Source: Pseudonocardiaceae bacterium (lineage in GTDB: Bacteria; Actinomycetota; Actinomycetes; Mycobacteriales; Pseudonocardiaceae). From it: DNA of 44,262 bases. Positions 8,742 through 14,764 of the stretch are shown one piece after another (the first letter of the stretch is position 1; every line of letters begins with the position of its first letter). Made by a program: the position numbers and the translations under genes. Under the pieces are notes generated by a model. The model saw nothing but the letters and a program-made list of their open reading frames with translations. It ran no database searches and was not told where the DNA came from. Location: NCBI GenBank assembly GCA_035640975.1, contig DASQVB010000492.1, positions 1 to 44,262 on the forward strand, given 5' to 3'.

Positions 8742-9161
8742 CTAGGTCGCCTTCTCGATCAGCGGCAGGATGTACGGTGCCGCCGAAACCAGGCAAAACA
8801 TCAGACCGAACGTGATCACGCTGCGCTTCAGGCGTCGTACGAACCGATTGCCGCGGGTCCGGCGCTTCGCCCGGCGACGCCCGTTCGCGGCGCGGCGCTG
8901 GGCATCCGCAACGGTGTGACAGCCGCCACGGCCGGCGCATAGCACGACGAGGTCCTCGGGCTGCTCGCATCCGAGGTTCTCATAGTTGTTGTGGTGGACC
9001 TCAAGGTGTCGGCCGATGAGGCGCAGCCGCTTGAGCGGTAGGCCGCAGAGCTGGCAGCGGTAGCACGCGCGCTCAAGCGCGGCCTTACATATGCGTCGCC
9101 ATTCTGGCGAGCGCAGATGCGCCTTGTACTGGGCGCTGTGATTGGGGCGCCGACGAAACAT
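8742..9161 (-). CDS. HNH endonuclease with C-terminal hydrophobic helix
   Basis: CYRCQLCG..LEVHHNNY..LVVLCAGRGGCH is an HNH/zinc motif. The last 25 aa contain VITFGLMFCLVSAAPYILPLI (codons GC3-rich, so likely real). 1-nt start/stop overlap with the upstream gene. Confidence 0.8.
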   Translation of the reverse strand: MFRRRPNHSAQYKAHLRSPEWRRICKAALERACYRCQLCGLPLKRLRLIGRHLEVHHNNYENLGCEQPEDLVVLCAGRGGCHTVADAQRRAANGRRRAKRRTRGNRFVRRLKRSVITFGLMFCLVSAAPYILPLIEKAT

Positions 9162-10666
9162 CAGGCACCCCCGTTCAGCAGCAACCGCTTTGCCGCCTCG
9201 GCCTCGGCACGCTGCCTGGCGTCCATCCGCGCCGGCCCCTGAACCTCGCCGCTAAGCACCCGGCGCAAGTGAGCGCCGGGGGACTCGCGCGGCGCGTAAT
9301 GCTCCACCAGCGTCCGGATGCCCTCGTTCGAGACGTAGAATGAGCGGCCCAGTTGCAACTCGGTCTCGCCGTCGATGACGAAGAACGCCTTGCCGGGAAG
9401 ATCCAGCGTCTCGGTCTCGGCGCCGCGCTCACGGGCACCCGGACCCAACGTCATGTCAGCGTGCAGGCGCTCCAATGAGCGGTGCTGGATGCGCTGGGGA
9501 TACAGGTCACGAGTCTCCATCGTGGCCTTGTTGGGGTTCTGCACACAAGAGACAAGCACCACGCCCGGTGCGCGGCCCTGAGTCAGGATCAGCTTCTGCC
9601 AACGGTCGATGTTCTTCTTGGCATCCGAGGTCTCGGCCAGCAGGTTGAGCACCGCCGCCTCATCCACGATCAACAAGATCAGCGGCTCGTCCGGCGTCGG
9701 AACGTGCTTACGAATGCCGTGCTTCTCGCAGTAGGCCATCCGCTTGTCCAGGCGTGCCACGACGTTCTCGATGACTCGCAGCATGTCCTCGATGTCCGAC
9801 TGCGCGTAGCCGCCCCCGAACAGCTCCCGGCCAGGACCCAGCTCCATACCACCCTTCGGGTCGATCGCGTGGACCTCCACCAGACCGTCGCGGATCGCGG
9901 GCGCGATGCCGTGCAGGATCGCCCAGACCAGGACCGACTTGCCCGAGCCGATCTGACCAGCGACGAGCAGATGGCTCCCAAGGATCCGCAACGTCCACGG
10001 ATCGCCGTCCTCGGTCAGGCCGACCGTGACGCGCTCAAGGTCCACGCTCTCAGAGATCGGTGGCGGGGCAATCGGCGTAGCGAGACGATCGACCTGGGGA
10101 AACGACAGCCAGAAACGGTCGTGGCGCTTGAGGTCCTTGTGCACCCGGCACTTCGCTGCGTTGAACGCCACCGCCAGGTCCGGCGCCGCGGCGTACCAGT
10201 CGCCGATCTGCCCGCGCGCCGGCTTGACCAGGATGCGATCCGTGTACGGCGTGAACTCGAACTTGACCATCCGCGGGATCTTGTCGCGGCCGTGTGGGAT
10301 AGGGATGTGCAGGAAGTGATGGCGCATCGTGGCGTTCCACTTGCGGCGGTAGATGAGATGCTTGCGGCGCAGGCCACCTACCCGCCAACCCGCGACAACC
10401 TCGTAGGACTCGCGGTCAGCCAGGCGCCATACGACAAGACCCAGGATCGTGGACAGCAGGACCCATTGGACGAGCGCGTAGACATTGCTGGCGCCCACCC
10501 AGAGACACATCAGGATCACGGCCGCCAGGGTCGCGATGCCGACGGTTCGCCGCAAAGCCCACGCCAAAAAGAACAACGGCCAGACGATGACCAGCAGACT
10601 GACGTACACGATCGTGGCCGTCAGCGGGTCCCGCGGCGTCCTGCCCAGATCCTTGGGAAGCCTCAT
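9161..10666 (-). CDS. FtsK/SpoIIIE-family DNA translocase, membrane-anchored (TraB-like)
   Basis: N-terminal 3-4 hydrophobic helices, Walker A GQIGSGKS, Walker B LILLIVDEAA. Start set to ATG 10666 (ATGA overlap with the upstream stop) rather than the track GTG at 10696. Confidence 0.8.
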   Translation of the reverse strand: MRLPKDLGRTPRDPLTATIVYVSLLVIVWPLFFLAWALRRTVGIATLAAVILMCLWVGASNVYALVQWVLLSTILGLVVWRLADRESYEVVAGWRVGGLRRKHLIYRRKWNATMRHHFLHIPIPHGRDKIPRMVKFEFTPYTDRILVKPARGQIGDWYAAAPDLAVAFNAAKCRVHKDLKRHDRFWLSFPQVDRLATPIAPPPISESVDLERVTVGLTEDGDPWTLRILGSHLLVAGQIGSGKSVLVWAILHGIAPAIRDGLVEVHAIDPKGGMELGPGRELFGGGYAQSDIEDMLRVIENVVARLDKRMAYCEKHGIRKHVPTPDEPLILLIVDEAAVLNLLAETSDAKKNIDRWQKLILTQGRAPGVVLVSCVQNPNKATMETRDLYPQRIQHRSLERLHADMTLGPGARERGAETETLDLPGKAFFVIDGETELQLGRSFYVSNEGIRTLVEHYAPRESPGAHLRRVLSGEVQGPARMDARQRAEAEAAKRLLLNGGA

Positions 10667-11196
10667 GCGACGCGATAGTCCTTCAGTCGATGCCACGCAA
10701 TGCGCCGACGCTTAGAGCCCACGCACACGATGTACTGGCCGGGCTCGATGTAAACCACCTCGCGGGGCCGCGCATGGCCGATACCTCCGACGATCCGGTC
10801 GCCGACCCTAAACGGACAGGCATCGACCTGATCCTGGAAGCGCGGACCGGTATGCCACGGGTCGTAGTCGGCAACCCAGCCTCGCGTCCTGACATCGGCC
10901 CTGGCAACCAGTTCGAGCAGGTTCACGCCGTCACGCAGGGCGCAGTGGCCCATGACAGCGAGGCGTTCCCGCGCGTGCTGGCGTTTGCCACGGCACATGA
11001 AGATCACCTCGTCCAACGGGAGACCGCCGATCGCGTCGGGCGGGTCGCGCATCAGGTCCGCTAGATCGAGCTCCTCGGCATCGATGCGCTGACGCAAGGC
11101 CATGCGTTCCCGGCGGCGCCGGAGGGACAATTCCAGGCCGTGGACCGCATGGGAGGGGGCGCCTGGTGAGACTCGGGGTGTAGCCTCGGCTTGCAT
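10663..11196 (-). CDS. hypothetical protein, first gene of the long leftward block
   Basis: 177 aa, with SD-like GTGAGG upstream of ATG 11196. No motif recognised; the start is uncertain (an internal ATG is possible). Confidence 0.5.
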   Translation of the reverse strand: MQAEATPRVSPGAPSHAVHGLELSLRRRRERMALRQRIDAEELDLADLMRDPPDAIGGLPLDEVIFMCRGKRQHARERLAVMGHCALRDGVNLLELVARADVRTRGWVADYDPWHTGPRFQDQVDACPFRVGDRIVGGIGHARPREVVYIEPGQYIVCVGSKRRRIAWHRLKDYRVA

Positions 11197-11221
11197 TCGG
11201 AAACCTCACTTCCGGGTGTGG

Positions 11222-11253
11222 GCCGCGGCGGTTTCGGGCGATCCCGCCGCGGC
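11222..11253. repeat. 10-bp perfect inverted repeat GCCGCGGCGG / CCGCCGCGGC with a 12-nt spacer
   Basis: Read directly. It lies in the presumed 5' leader of the leftward block. Confidence 0.85.
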
Positions 11254-11263
11254 TGAACTTCAT

Positions 11264-11279
11264 GTAGGGGGAACCCTAC
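11264..11279. promoter_or_regulatory. GTAGGG-N4-CCCTAC palindrome overlapping a minus-strand TGG-TAGGGT extended -10-like element
   Basis: Read directly. TAGGGT fits TANNNT and is preceded by TGG; no good -35. Candidate promoter/operator for the leftward packaging/structural block. Confidence 0.25.
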
Positions 11280-11292
11280 CAGACCAGGCCCG

Positions 11293-11372
11293 CGAAAATC
11301 CCCCCTCCCGACTCACTCGCCACTTCGGGCCAAGGCCACTCAGTGGCTCGTTCGGGGGAGGGGGGATTTTCG
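11293..11372. repeat. 17-bp perfect inverted repeat (CGAAAATCCCCCCTCCC ... GGGAGGGGGGATTTTCG) with a 46-nt spacer and nested stem
   Basis: Arms at 11293..11309 and 11356..11372. Nested 6-bp stem GCCACT (11319..11324) / AGTGGC (11342..11347). Confidence 0.85.
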
Positions 11373-11389
11373 TTCGCGAAGCGTTCGCG
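11371..11389 (+). repeat. direct repeat CGTTCGCG x2 with 11-nt period
   Basis: Copies at 11371..11378 and 11382..11389. Part of six same-strand GTTCGC copies between 11372 and 11993. Confidence 0.7.
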
Positions 11390-11855
11390 CGCCGCAGGCG
11401 CCGATTTTTTCGCCTTCGCGCAGCAGTGGCAGCGCGTTTGACGGCAGACATCACTAGTGGTGTCCAGTCCTAGCCTTTGAGCCTCGCTCCACAGCTCCTT
11501 GACTATCACTGAGTAAAGCGGGCAGGGAGAACCAAAGCTAGACCTAGAGTTCTTTGCTTCGGCTGATCCCTGTCCCATGAGCACTTAGACCACTCGCTGG
11601 GCGAGGTTCGCTCGGATCTGAGTCGAGCTCCTGAAGCTCTATTCGGACGCGCTGTTCGCCGTGCGGTTGATCGCGTCCCGGGGGCTTCCGTGGTGCCTGT
11701 CACGACTGTCCGCTCCCTGTCGGCGGGTGTCGCATGGTTTCGTCGGGCGCCTGGTATGTCACGCTCACCCCCACCAGGTTGGGGGTGTGAGGCGCGCCGT
11801 AAGGTGGTATGCTCCACCGGCGCGCTTCAGCAACGCGGAGCTTACCAGAGCTCAG

Positions 11856-11893
11856 CCGAGACCGCCACCCTGTCTGGCGGTCTCGGTCGTTTC
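11856..11893 (+). terminator. intrinsic-terminator-like hairpin A
   Basis: 12-bp stem CCGAGACCGCCA / TGGCGGTCTCGG, 7-nt loop, tail TCGTTTC. The same GTCGTT-type tail follows the terminators at 19311, 19751 and 21109. Confidence 0.5.
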
Positions 11894-11944
11894 GGGGTAG
11901 CCTTTGGTTTGAGGCTCACTTCCCAGGGCCTCGTGTTCGCGCAT

Positions 11945-11983
11945 CGAGGCCGCTATTCCCCTGGCGGCCTCGGTCGTTGTGTG
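11945..11983 (+). terminator. intrinsic-terminator-like hairpin B
   Basis: 9-bp stem CGAGGCCGC / GCGGCCTCG, 10-nt loop, tail GTCGTTGTGTG. Confidence 0.45.
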
Positions 11984-12004
11984 ACCGGTTCGCACACAGT
12001 TCTC

Positions 12005-12033
12005 TTGACAGGTGGGCAACCATGTGGGATTAT
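12005..12033 (+). promoter_or_regulatory. promoter P0: TTGACA-N17-(TGG)GATTAT, 6 nt before ATG 12040 (leaderless)
   Basis: Read directly: -35 at 12005..12010 and -10 at 12028..12033 (fits TANNNT). Confidence 0.6.
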
Positions 12034-12039
12034 TCCTAC

Positions 12040-12309
12040 ATGAAGACCGCCACTACCACCGCCCGAAAGGACATGATGAGCTTCTTCAATCGCGACCCTC
12101 TCCATCTGAAGAGGTTCGCCACTACGGCCCGCCAGCGGATCACGATCGCCGAGTCGCCCGACGAGCTCAAGACCCTGATCGGCGAGATCGACTCGATCCT
12201 TGTCGCCTTCCCGGCCGGTGGCCTGACGGACACGCAGCTCGCCACGCTCGCGGCGCTGCGCAGCCGCGCCGCCGCCAAGCTCGCCAAGCTCGGCAAGCTT
12301 GAGCGCTGA
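12040..12309 (+). CDS. hypothetical protein (89 aa), leaderless start
   Basis: Track ORF 11809..12309 trimmed to ATG 12040, which sits 7 nt after the -10 of P0. Sequence begins MKTATTTARKDMMSFF... Confidence 0.6.
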   Translation: MKTATTTARKDMMSFFNRDPLHLKRFATTARQRITIAESPDELKTLIGEIDSILVAFPAGGLTDTQLATLAALRSRAAAKLAKLGKLER

Positions 12310-12349
12310 TCTTCTCTTACGACTCAACCGCGACGCAGGAGGTAGCAGC

Positions 12350-12556
12350 ATGGGATGGTTGGATGGAAAGAGCGACGGCGGTTGGAACCGCTGGGGCGGG
12401 CGCGACAAGGACGAGGCCCGCAATCCGTGGGCCGGCAGGCGCCACGAGTCCACGGAGGGGCAGAAGAGCTCCTACAACGGCCGCTACAGCGAAGGCAAGT
12501 CCTGGACGGACCGCCATGGCTGGGGCAAGCAGGGCGGCAAGAGCCGCTGGGGCTGA
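12350..12556 (+). CDS. Trp/Gly-rich small protein (68 aa) with GW/WG motifs
   Basis: Strong SD AGGAGG 7 nt upstream of ATG 12350. Sequence: MGWLDGKSDGGWNRWGGRDKDEARNPWAGRRHESTEGQKSSYNGRYSEGKSWTDRHGWGKQGGKSRWG. Confidence 0.6.
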   Translation: MGWLDGKSDGGWNRWGGRDKDEARNPWAGRRHESTEGQKSSYNGRYSEGKSWTDRHGWGKQGGKSRWG

Positions 12557-12560
12557 CGAG

Positions 12561-12600
12561 GCCACGGGGCGGGGCGGTCAACCGGTCGCCCCGCCGTGGC
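12561..12600 (+). other. imperfect GC hairpin (7+7 bp stem, 2-nt bulge) between genes
   Basis: GCCACGG-GG-CGGGGCG / CGCCCCG-CCGTGGC read directly. No U-tract follows. Confidence 0.4.
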
Positions 12601-12619
12601 ACTCTATCGGAGGACCGAC

Positions 12620-12925
12620 ATGGAAACCGCCACGACGAACACCGTGCGCTGCCTTGCCAGTGAGATCGAGGAGCTCGCCGAGCGAGCACGCGCCGCCGGA
12701 CGCATGAGCGCCACGGCCGATCACATCCAGACGCTGGAAAACCCCCTGGGCGACGGCCTGGTATTCCAGATCCACGGCGCCGAGTTGTTCGCGGTGCCGT
12801 CCGACACGACTAGCAGGATCTACAGCGTGATTCTGGTCCCCGGCGCCAAGCCGTCCTGCAACTGCCCTGCGACCGTACCGTGCAAGCACATCCGCCGCGT
12901 GCTCGCCGCAAGGGCTGGTTTCTGA
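12620..12925 (+). CDS. SWIM-type zinc-finger protein
   Basis: SD GGAGGA upstream of ATG 12620. The C-terminal SCNCPATVPCKHI matches the CxCx(n)CxH SWIM signature. Confidence 0.6.
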   Translation: METATTNTVRCLASEIEELAERARAAGRMSATADHIQTLENPLGDGLVFQIHGAELFAVPSDTTSRIYSVILVPGAKPSCNCPATVPCKHIRRVLAARAGF

Positions 12926-13176
12926 TGCGCGCTCGGGAGTTCCTGACCGTCCGCGAGACGGCTCAACAGCTCGGCGTACACGAGAACACGGTTCGGAACT
13001 GGGAAACGCGTGGCGTGCTGCACGGCATCAAGCTCCCCGGCTCGGGATTCCGGCGCTTCCCGCGCGAAGACATCGAGCGCATGCGGCGCGAGATGCTCGC
13101 GAGCTATGCGCCGACGACAAAGCTGCCTGACGAGCCCCGGAAGGCAGCCGACGGCGCCGTCGGCTGCCTTCTCTAG
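12925..13176 (+). CDS. helix-turn-helix DNA-binding protein (MerR/excisionase-like HTH)
   Basis: TGATG overlap with the upstream stop. MRAREFLTVRETAQQLGVHENTVRNWETRGVLHGIKLPGSGFRRF is the classic excisionase-family HTH pattern. Confidence 0.65.
   Translation: MRAREFLTVRETAQQLGVHENTVRNWETRGVLHGIKLPGSGFRRFPREDIERMRREMLASYAPTTKLPDEPRKAADGAVGCLL
13140..13171. repeat. 32-bp perfect palindrome GAAGGCAGCCGACGGC|GCCGTCGGCTGCCTTC
   Basis: Read directly. It encodes the last residues (KAADGAVGCLL) of the HTH gene and ends 5 nt before its stop. Confidence 0.9.
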
Positions 13177-13190
13177 GCGGGGCTGGCACG

Positions 13191-13469
13191 ATGAGGCCCC
13201 GTCGAACGGTCATCAGCACTCGTGTCTTCCGCTTAGCGGGCGGCACGGAGGACAACGACCTATGGGTCACCGACTACGGTCCCGACGAGGGCGGTCCGGT
13301 GATCGGCTCAACGTGGGAGCTGTCCGATACTGAGCGTGCTGCGATTGCATCGGGCGCGAACGTCGAGCTCCTGGTGTGGGGCAGTGCACAGCCGCCTGTT
13401 GCTTTGCGCCTCTCGACCTACGCCCTCGGGAAAGCGCCGCCGCCGAGCCCGACCCTTGGGCGAAGCTGA
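13191..13469 (+). CDS. hypothetical protein (92 aa)
   Basis: ATG ORF from the track; no motif recognised. Confidence 0.5.
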   Translation: MRPRRTVISTRVFRLAGGTEDNDLWVTDYGPDEGGPVIGSTWELSDTERAAIASGANVELLVWGSAQPPVALRLSTYALGKAPPPSPTLGRS

Positions 13470-13470
13470 A

Positions 13471-13899
13471 GTGACCGATCGAGTCCTCCTGGTGGCCAGC
13501 ATCACGGCTCTCCTCGTCGCCCTGTCGTCCTTCATGTACGCGGCACGGGCCGCGGACTACGAGCTCCCGCGCTGCGACCATGATTGTCGCGAACGCGTCG
13601 AGAAGCGTGAAGCCCGCGAGAAGTGGCGCGCGGCGGTGCGCGCCTACGGCATTGGCACGTTACGGGCTCGGATGCGCTGCGAGTCCGGCAGCCACGGCGG
13701 CTACGAGTACGTCACCAACGGCCTGTTCTGGTTTGCACACCAGTTCGAGCCGCGTGCCTGGGCGGCGGCCGGCGGGCGGCTGCGCAATGGCCGCCCGGTA
13801 GGCGTGTGGAGCATGCAGCCCGAGCGTTTGGAGCAGGACGTGCGGGCGGTCTACTGGGATGAGATCCATCCAGGCGATCCATGGCCCAATTGTCCCTAG
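13471..13899 (+). CDS. secreted/anchored transglycosylase-like (Rpf-like) domain protein
   Basis: GTG 13471 lies 1 nt after the upstream stop. Signal-peptide-like N-terminus (VLLVASITALLVALSSFMYAARAAD). RCESGSHGG..GLFWFAHQFEPRAWAAAGG..DPWPNCP matches the CESG..G..QF..W..GG..WP.C pattern of Rpf/transglycosylase-like domains. Confidence 0.6.
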   Translation: MTDRVLLVASITALLVALSSFMYAARAADYELPRCDHDCRERVEKREAREKWRAAVRAYGIGTLRARMRCESGSHGGYEYVTNGLFWFAHQFEPRAWAAAGGRLRNGRPVGVWSMQPERLEQDVRAVYWDEIHPGDPWPNCP

Positions 13900-13908
13900 C
13901 GAAACGCG
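13893..13908 (+). repeat. 16-bp direct repeat TCCCTAGCGAAACGCG, copy 1
   Basis: Identical to 14360..14375. Contains the TAG stop of the Rpf-like gene. Confidence 0.95.
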
Positions 13909-14359
13909 CATCAAGCTCGTCGTGCGCGATCTCCGCATGCCCTGCTAGGGAGTCGACTCCGTCGATCCCGCAGACCGATCGCCTTCAAGCAGACGGTCCC
14001 ACTCACGTAGCGCCTCATCAACCTCGCGCTTTAGCTTCTCGTCCTCGCGAAGGGCCTCTTCGCGCCGTTCTCGCGGCGAACGCCCATTGTTGTCGCCGCT
14101 TTGCTCGCCCACAGATCGGTCCCCTTGATGCCTGCCCTGTTCTTCGGAGCAAAACATCGTACTCCTTCATCTACCCCGGAAGAGAAGAAGCCATGAAAGA
14201 CGATAACCCAGACGTGACCGCCAGTCGTCTCGTCTCAATCGCCCTGAAGATCGCGCATAATCAGCGCGTCGCGTGGGATGCGGTCGGAAACTCCGTCGGC
14301 GCCAGCGTCCCATCATGGGACGACGAACCGCGCCCCCCACGACACTCAAGGCCCAGCTA
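13909..14359. other. 451-bp segment bounded by the 16-bp direct repeat (candidate insertion)
   Basis: Carries two small divergent ORFs. Removing one repeat plus this segment would abut the two convergent flanking genes with stops overlapping in CTAG. Confidence 0.5.
13945..14157 (-). CDS. hypothetical highly charged protein (70 aa) inside the insertion
   Basis: SD GAAGGAG upstream of ATG 14157. E/R/D-rich and coiled-coil-like. Confidence 0.4.
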   Translation of the reverse strand: MFCSEEQGRHQGDRSVGEQSGDNNGRSPRERREEALREDEKLKREVDEALREWDRLLEGDRSAGSTESTP

Positions 14360-14366
14360 TCCCTAG
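14193..14366 (+). CDS. hypothetical protein (57 aa) inside the insertion
   Basis: ATG 14193 preceded by purine-rich GGAAGAGAAGAAG. Terminates at the TAG inside repeat copy 2. Confidence 0.35.
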   Translation: MKDDNPDVTASRLVSIALKIAHNQRVAWDAVGNSVGASVPSWDDEPRPPRHSRPSYP

Positions 14367-14375
14367 CGAAACGCG
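14360..14375 (+). repeat. 16-bp direct repeat TCCCTAGCGAAACGCG, copy 2
   Basis: Identical to 13893..13908. Contains the stop (CTA on the plus strand) of minus-strand gene 14363..14758. Confidence 0.95.
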
Positions 14376-14758
14376 TCTGAGCAGATCAACGCGAGGCCCG
14401 GCACGACCAGCCACGCGTTCGTGACGAAGCCAAGCAGCAGGAAAAGCAGGCCCATGGCCAGGATCAGACTTGACCAGTGCTCACGCCACGGCTGCTCGAC
14501 GGCGAACGGGTTATCCTTCGTGGCCCGTTCGAAAGGACTCTCATGCTCTCGATCGTCAAGCTGATCCCGTTCTTCGGCGAGGTGCTCGGCACCATCCCGG
14601 ACGGATTGAACTTCGTCATCAACGGCGTCACGTTGTTGTTGCTCGGCGGTACCTAGGGTGTCGGGCGGATGGTTTTCCGAACGCGATGCGGTTCGCGACG
14701 AGGCTCCGTGGTGGCACGCATTCTGGGAGTATGCGTTGCTGCTTGGCGTGATCGGCAT
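14363..14758 (-). CDS. membrane protein (acidic N-half, two C-terminal TM helices)
   Basis: 131 aa with SD GAGGTAG. Hydrophobic stretches WSSLILAMGLLFLLLGFV and AWLVVPGLALI. Confidence 0.55.
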   Translation of the reverse strand: MPITPSSNAYSQNACHHGASSRTASRSENHPPDTLGTAEQQQRDAVDDEVQSVRDGAEHLAEERDQLDDREHESPFERATKDNPFAVEQPWREHWSSLILAMGLLFLLLGFVTNAWLVVPGLALICSDAFR

Positions 14759-14764
14759 GGTGGT

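Noticed and set aside
8722-8970. The N-terminal 83 codons of track ORF 7147..8970, considered as part of TerL.
   Set aside because: They overlap the HNH gene out of frame by about 230 nt and are Arg/Pro-rich. The first in-frame start after the HNH stop (GTG 8721) gives a normal TerL N-terminus.
11276-11584. 102-aa minus-strand ORF in the big intergenic region. The plus-strand ORFs 11661..11900 and 11690..12043 were considered with it.
   Set aside because: It would have to read straight through the perfect 17-bp inverted repeat and its nested stems. It also has mixed codon bias and no SD. The plus-strand ORFs run through two terminator hairpins and promoter P0.
11197-12039. tRNA or tmRNA genes in the structured intergenic region.
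   Set aside because: No cloverleaf with a GTTCGAATC-type T-loop, D-arm consensus or CCA-adjacent acceptor stem could be traced by eye. An automated scan (tRNAscan-SE/ARAGORN) would be decisive.
12925-13176. The excisionase-like HTH, considered as evidence of a temperate lifestyle or attP nearby.
   Set aside because: No tyrosine or serine integrase, no repressor-like gene and no attP-like tRNA fragment were found anywhere. This HTH fold is also widely used by plain transcription regulators.
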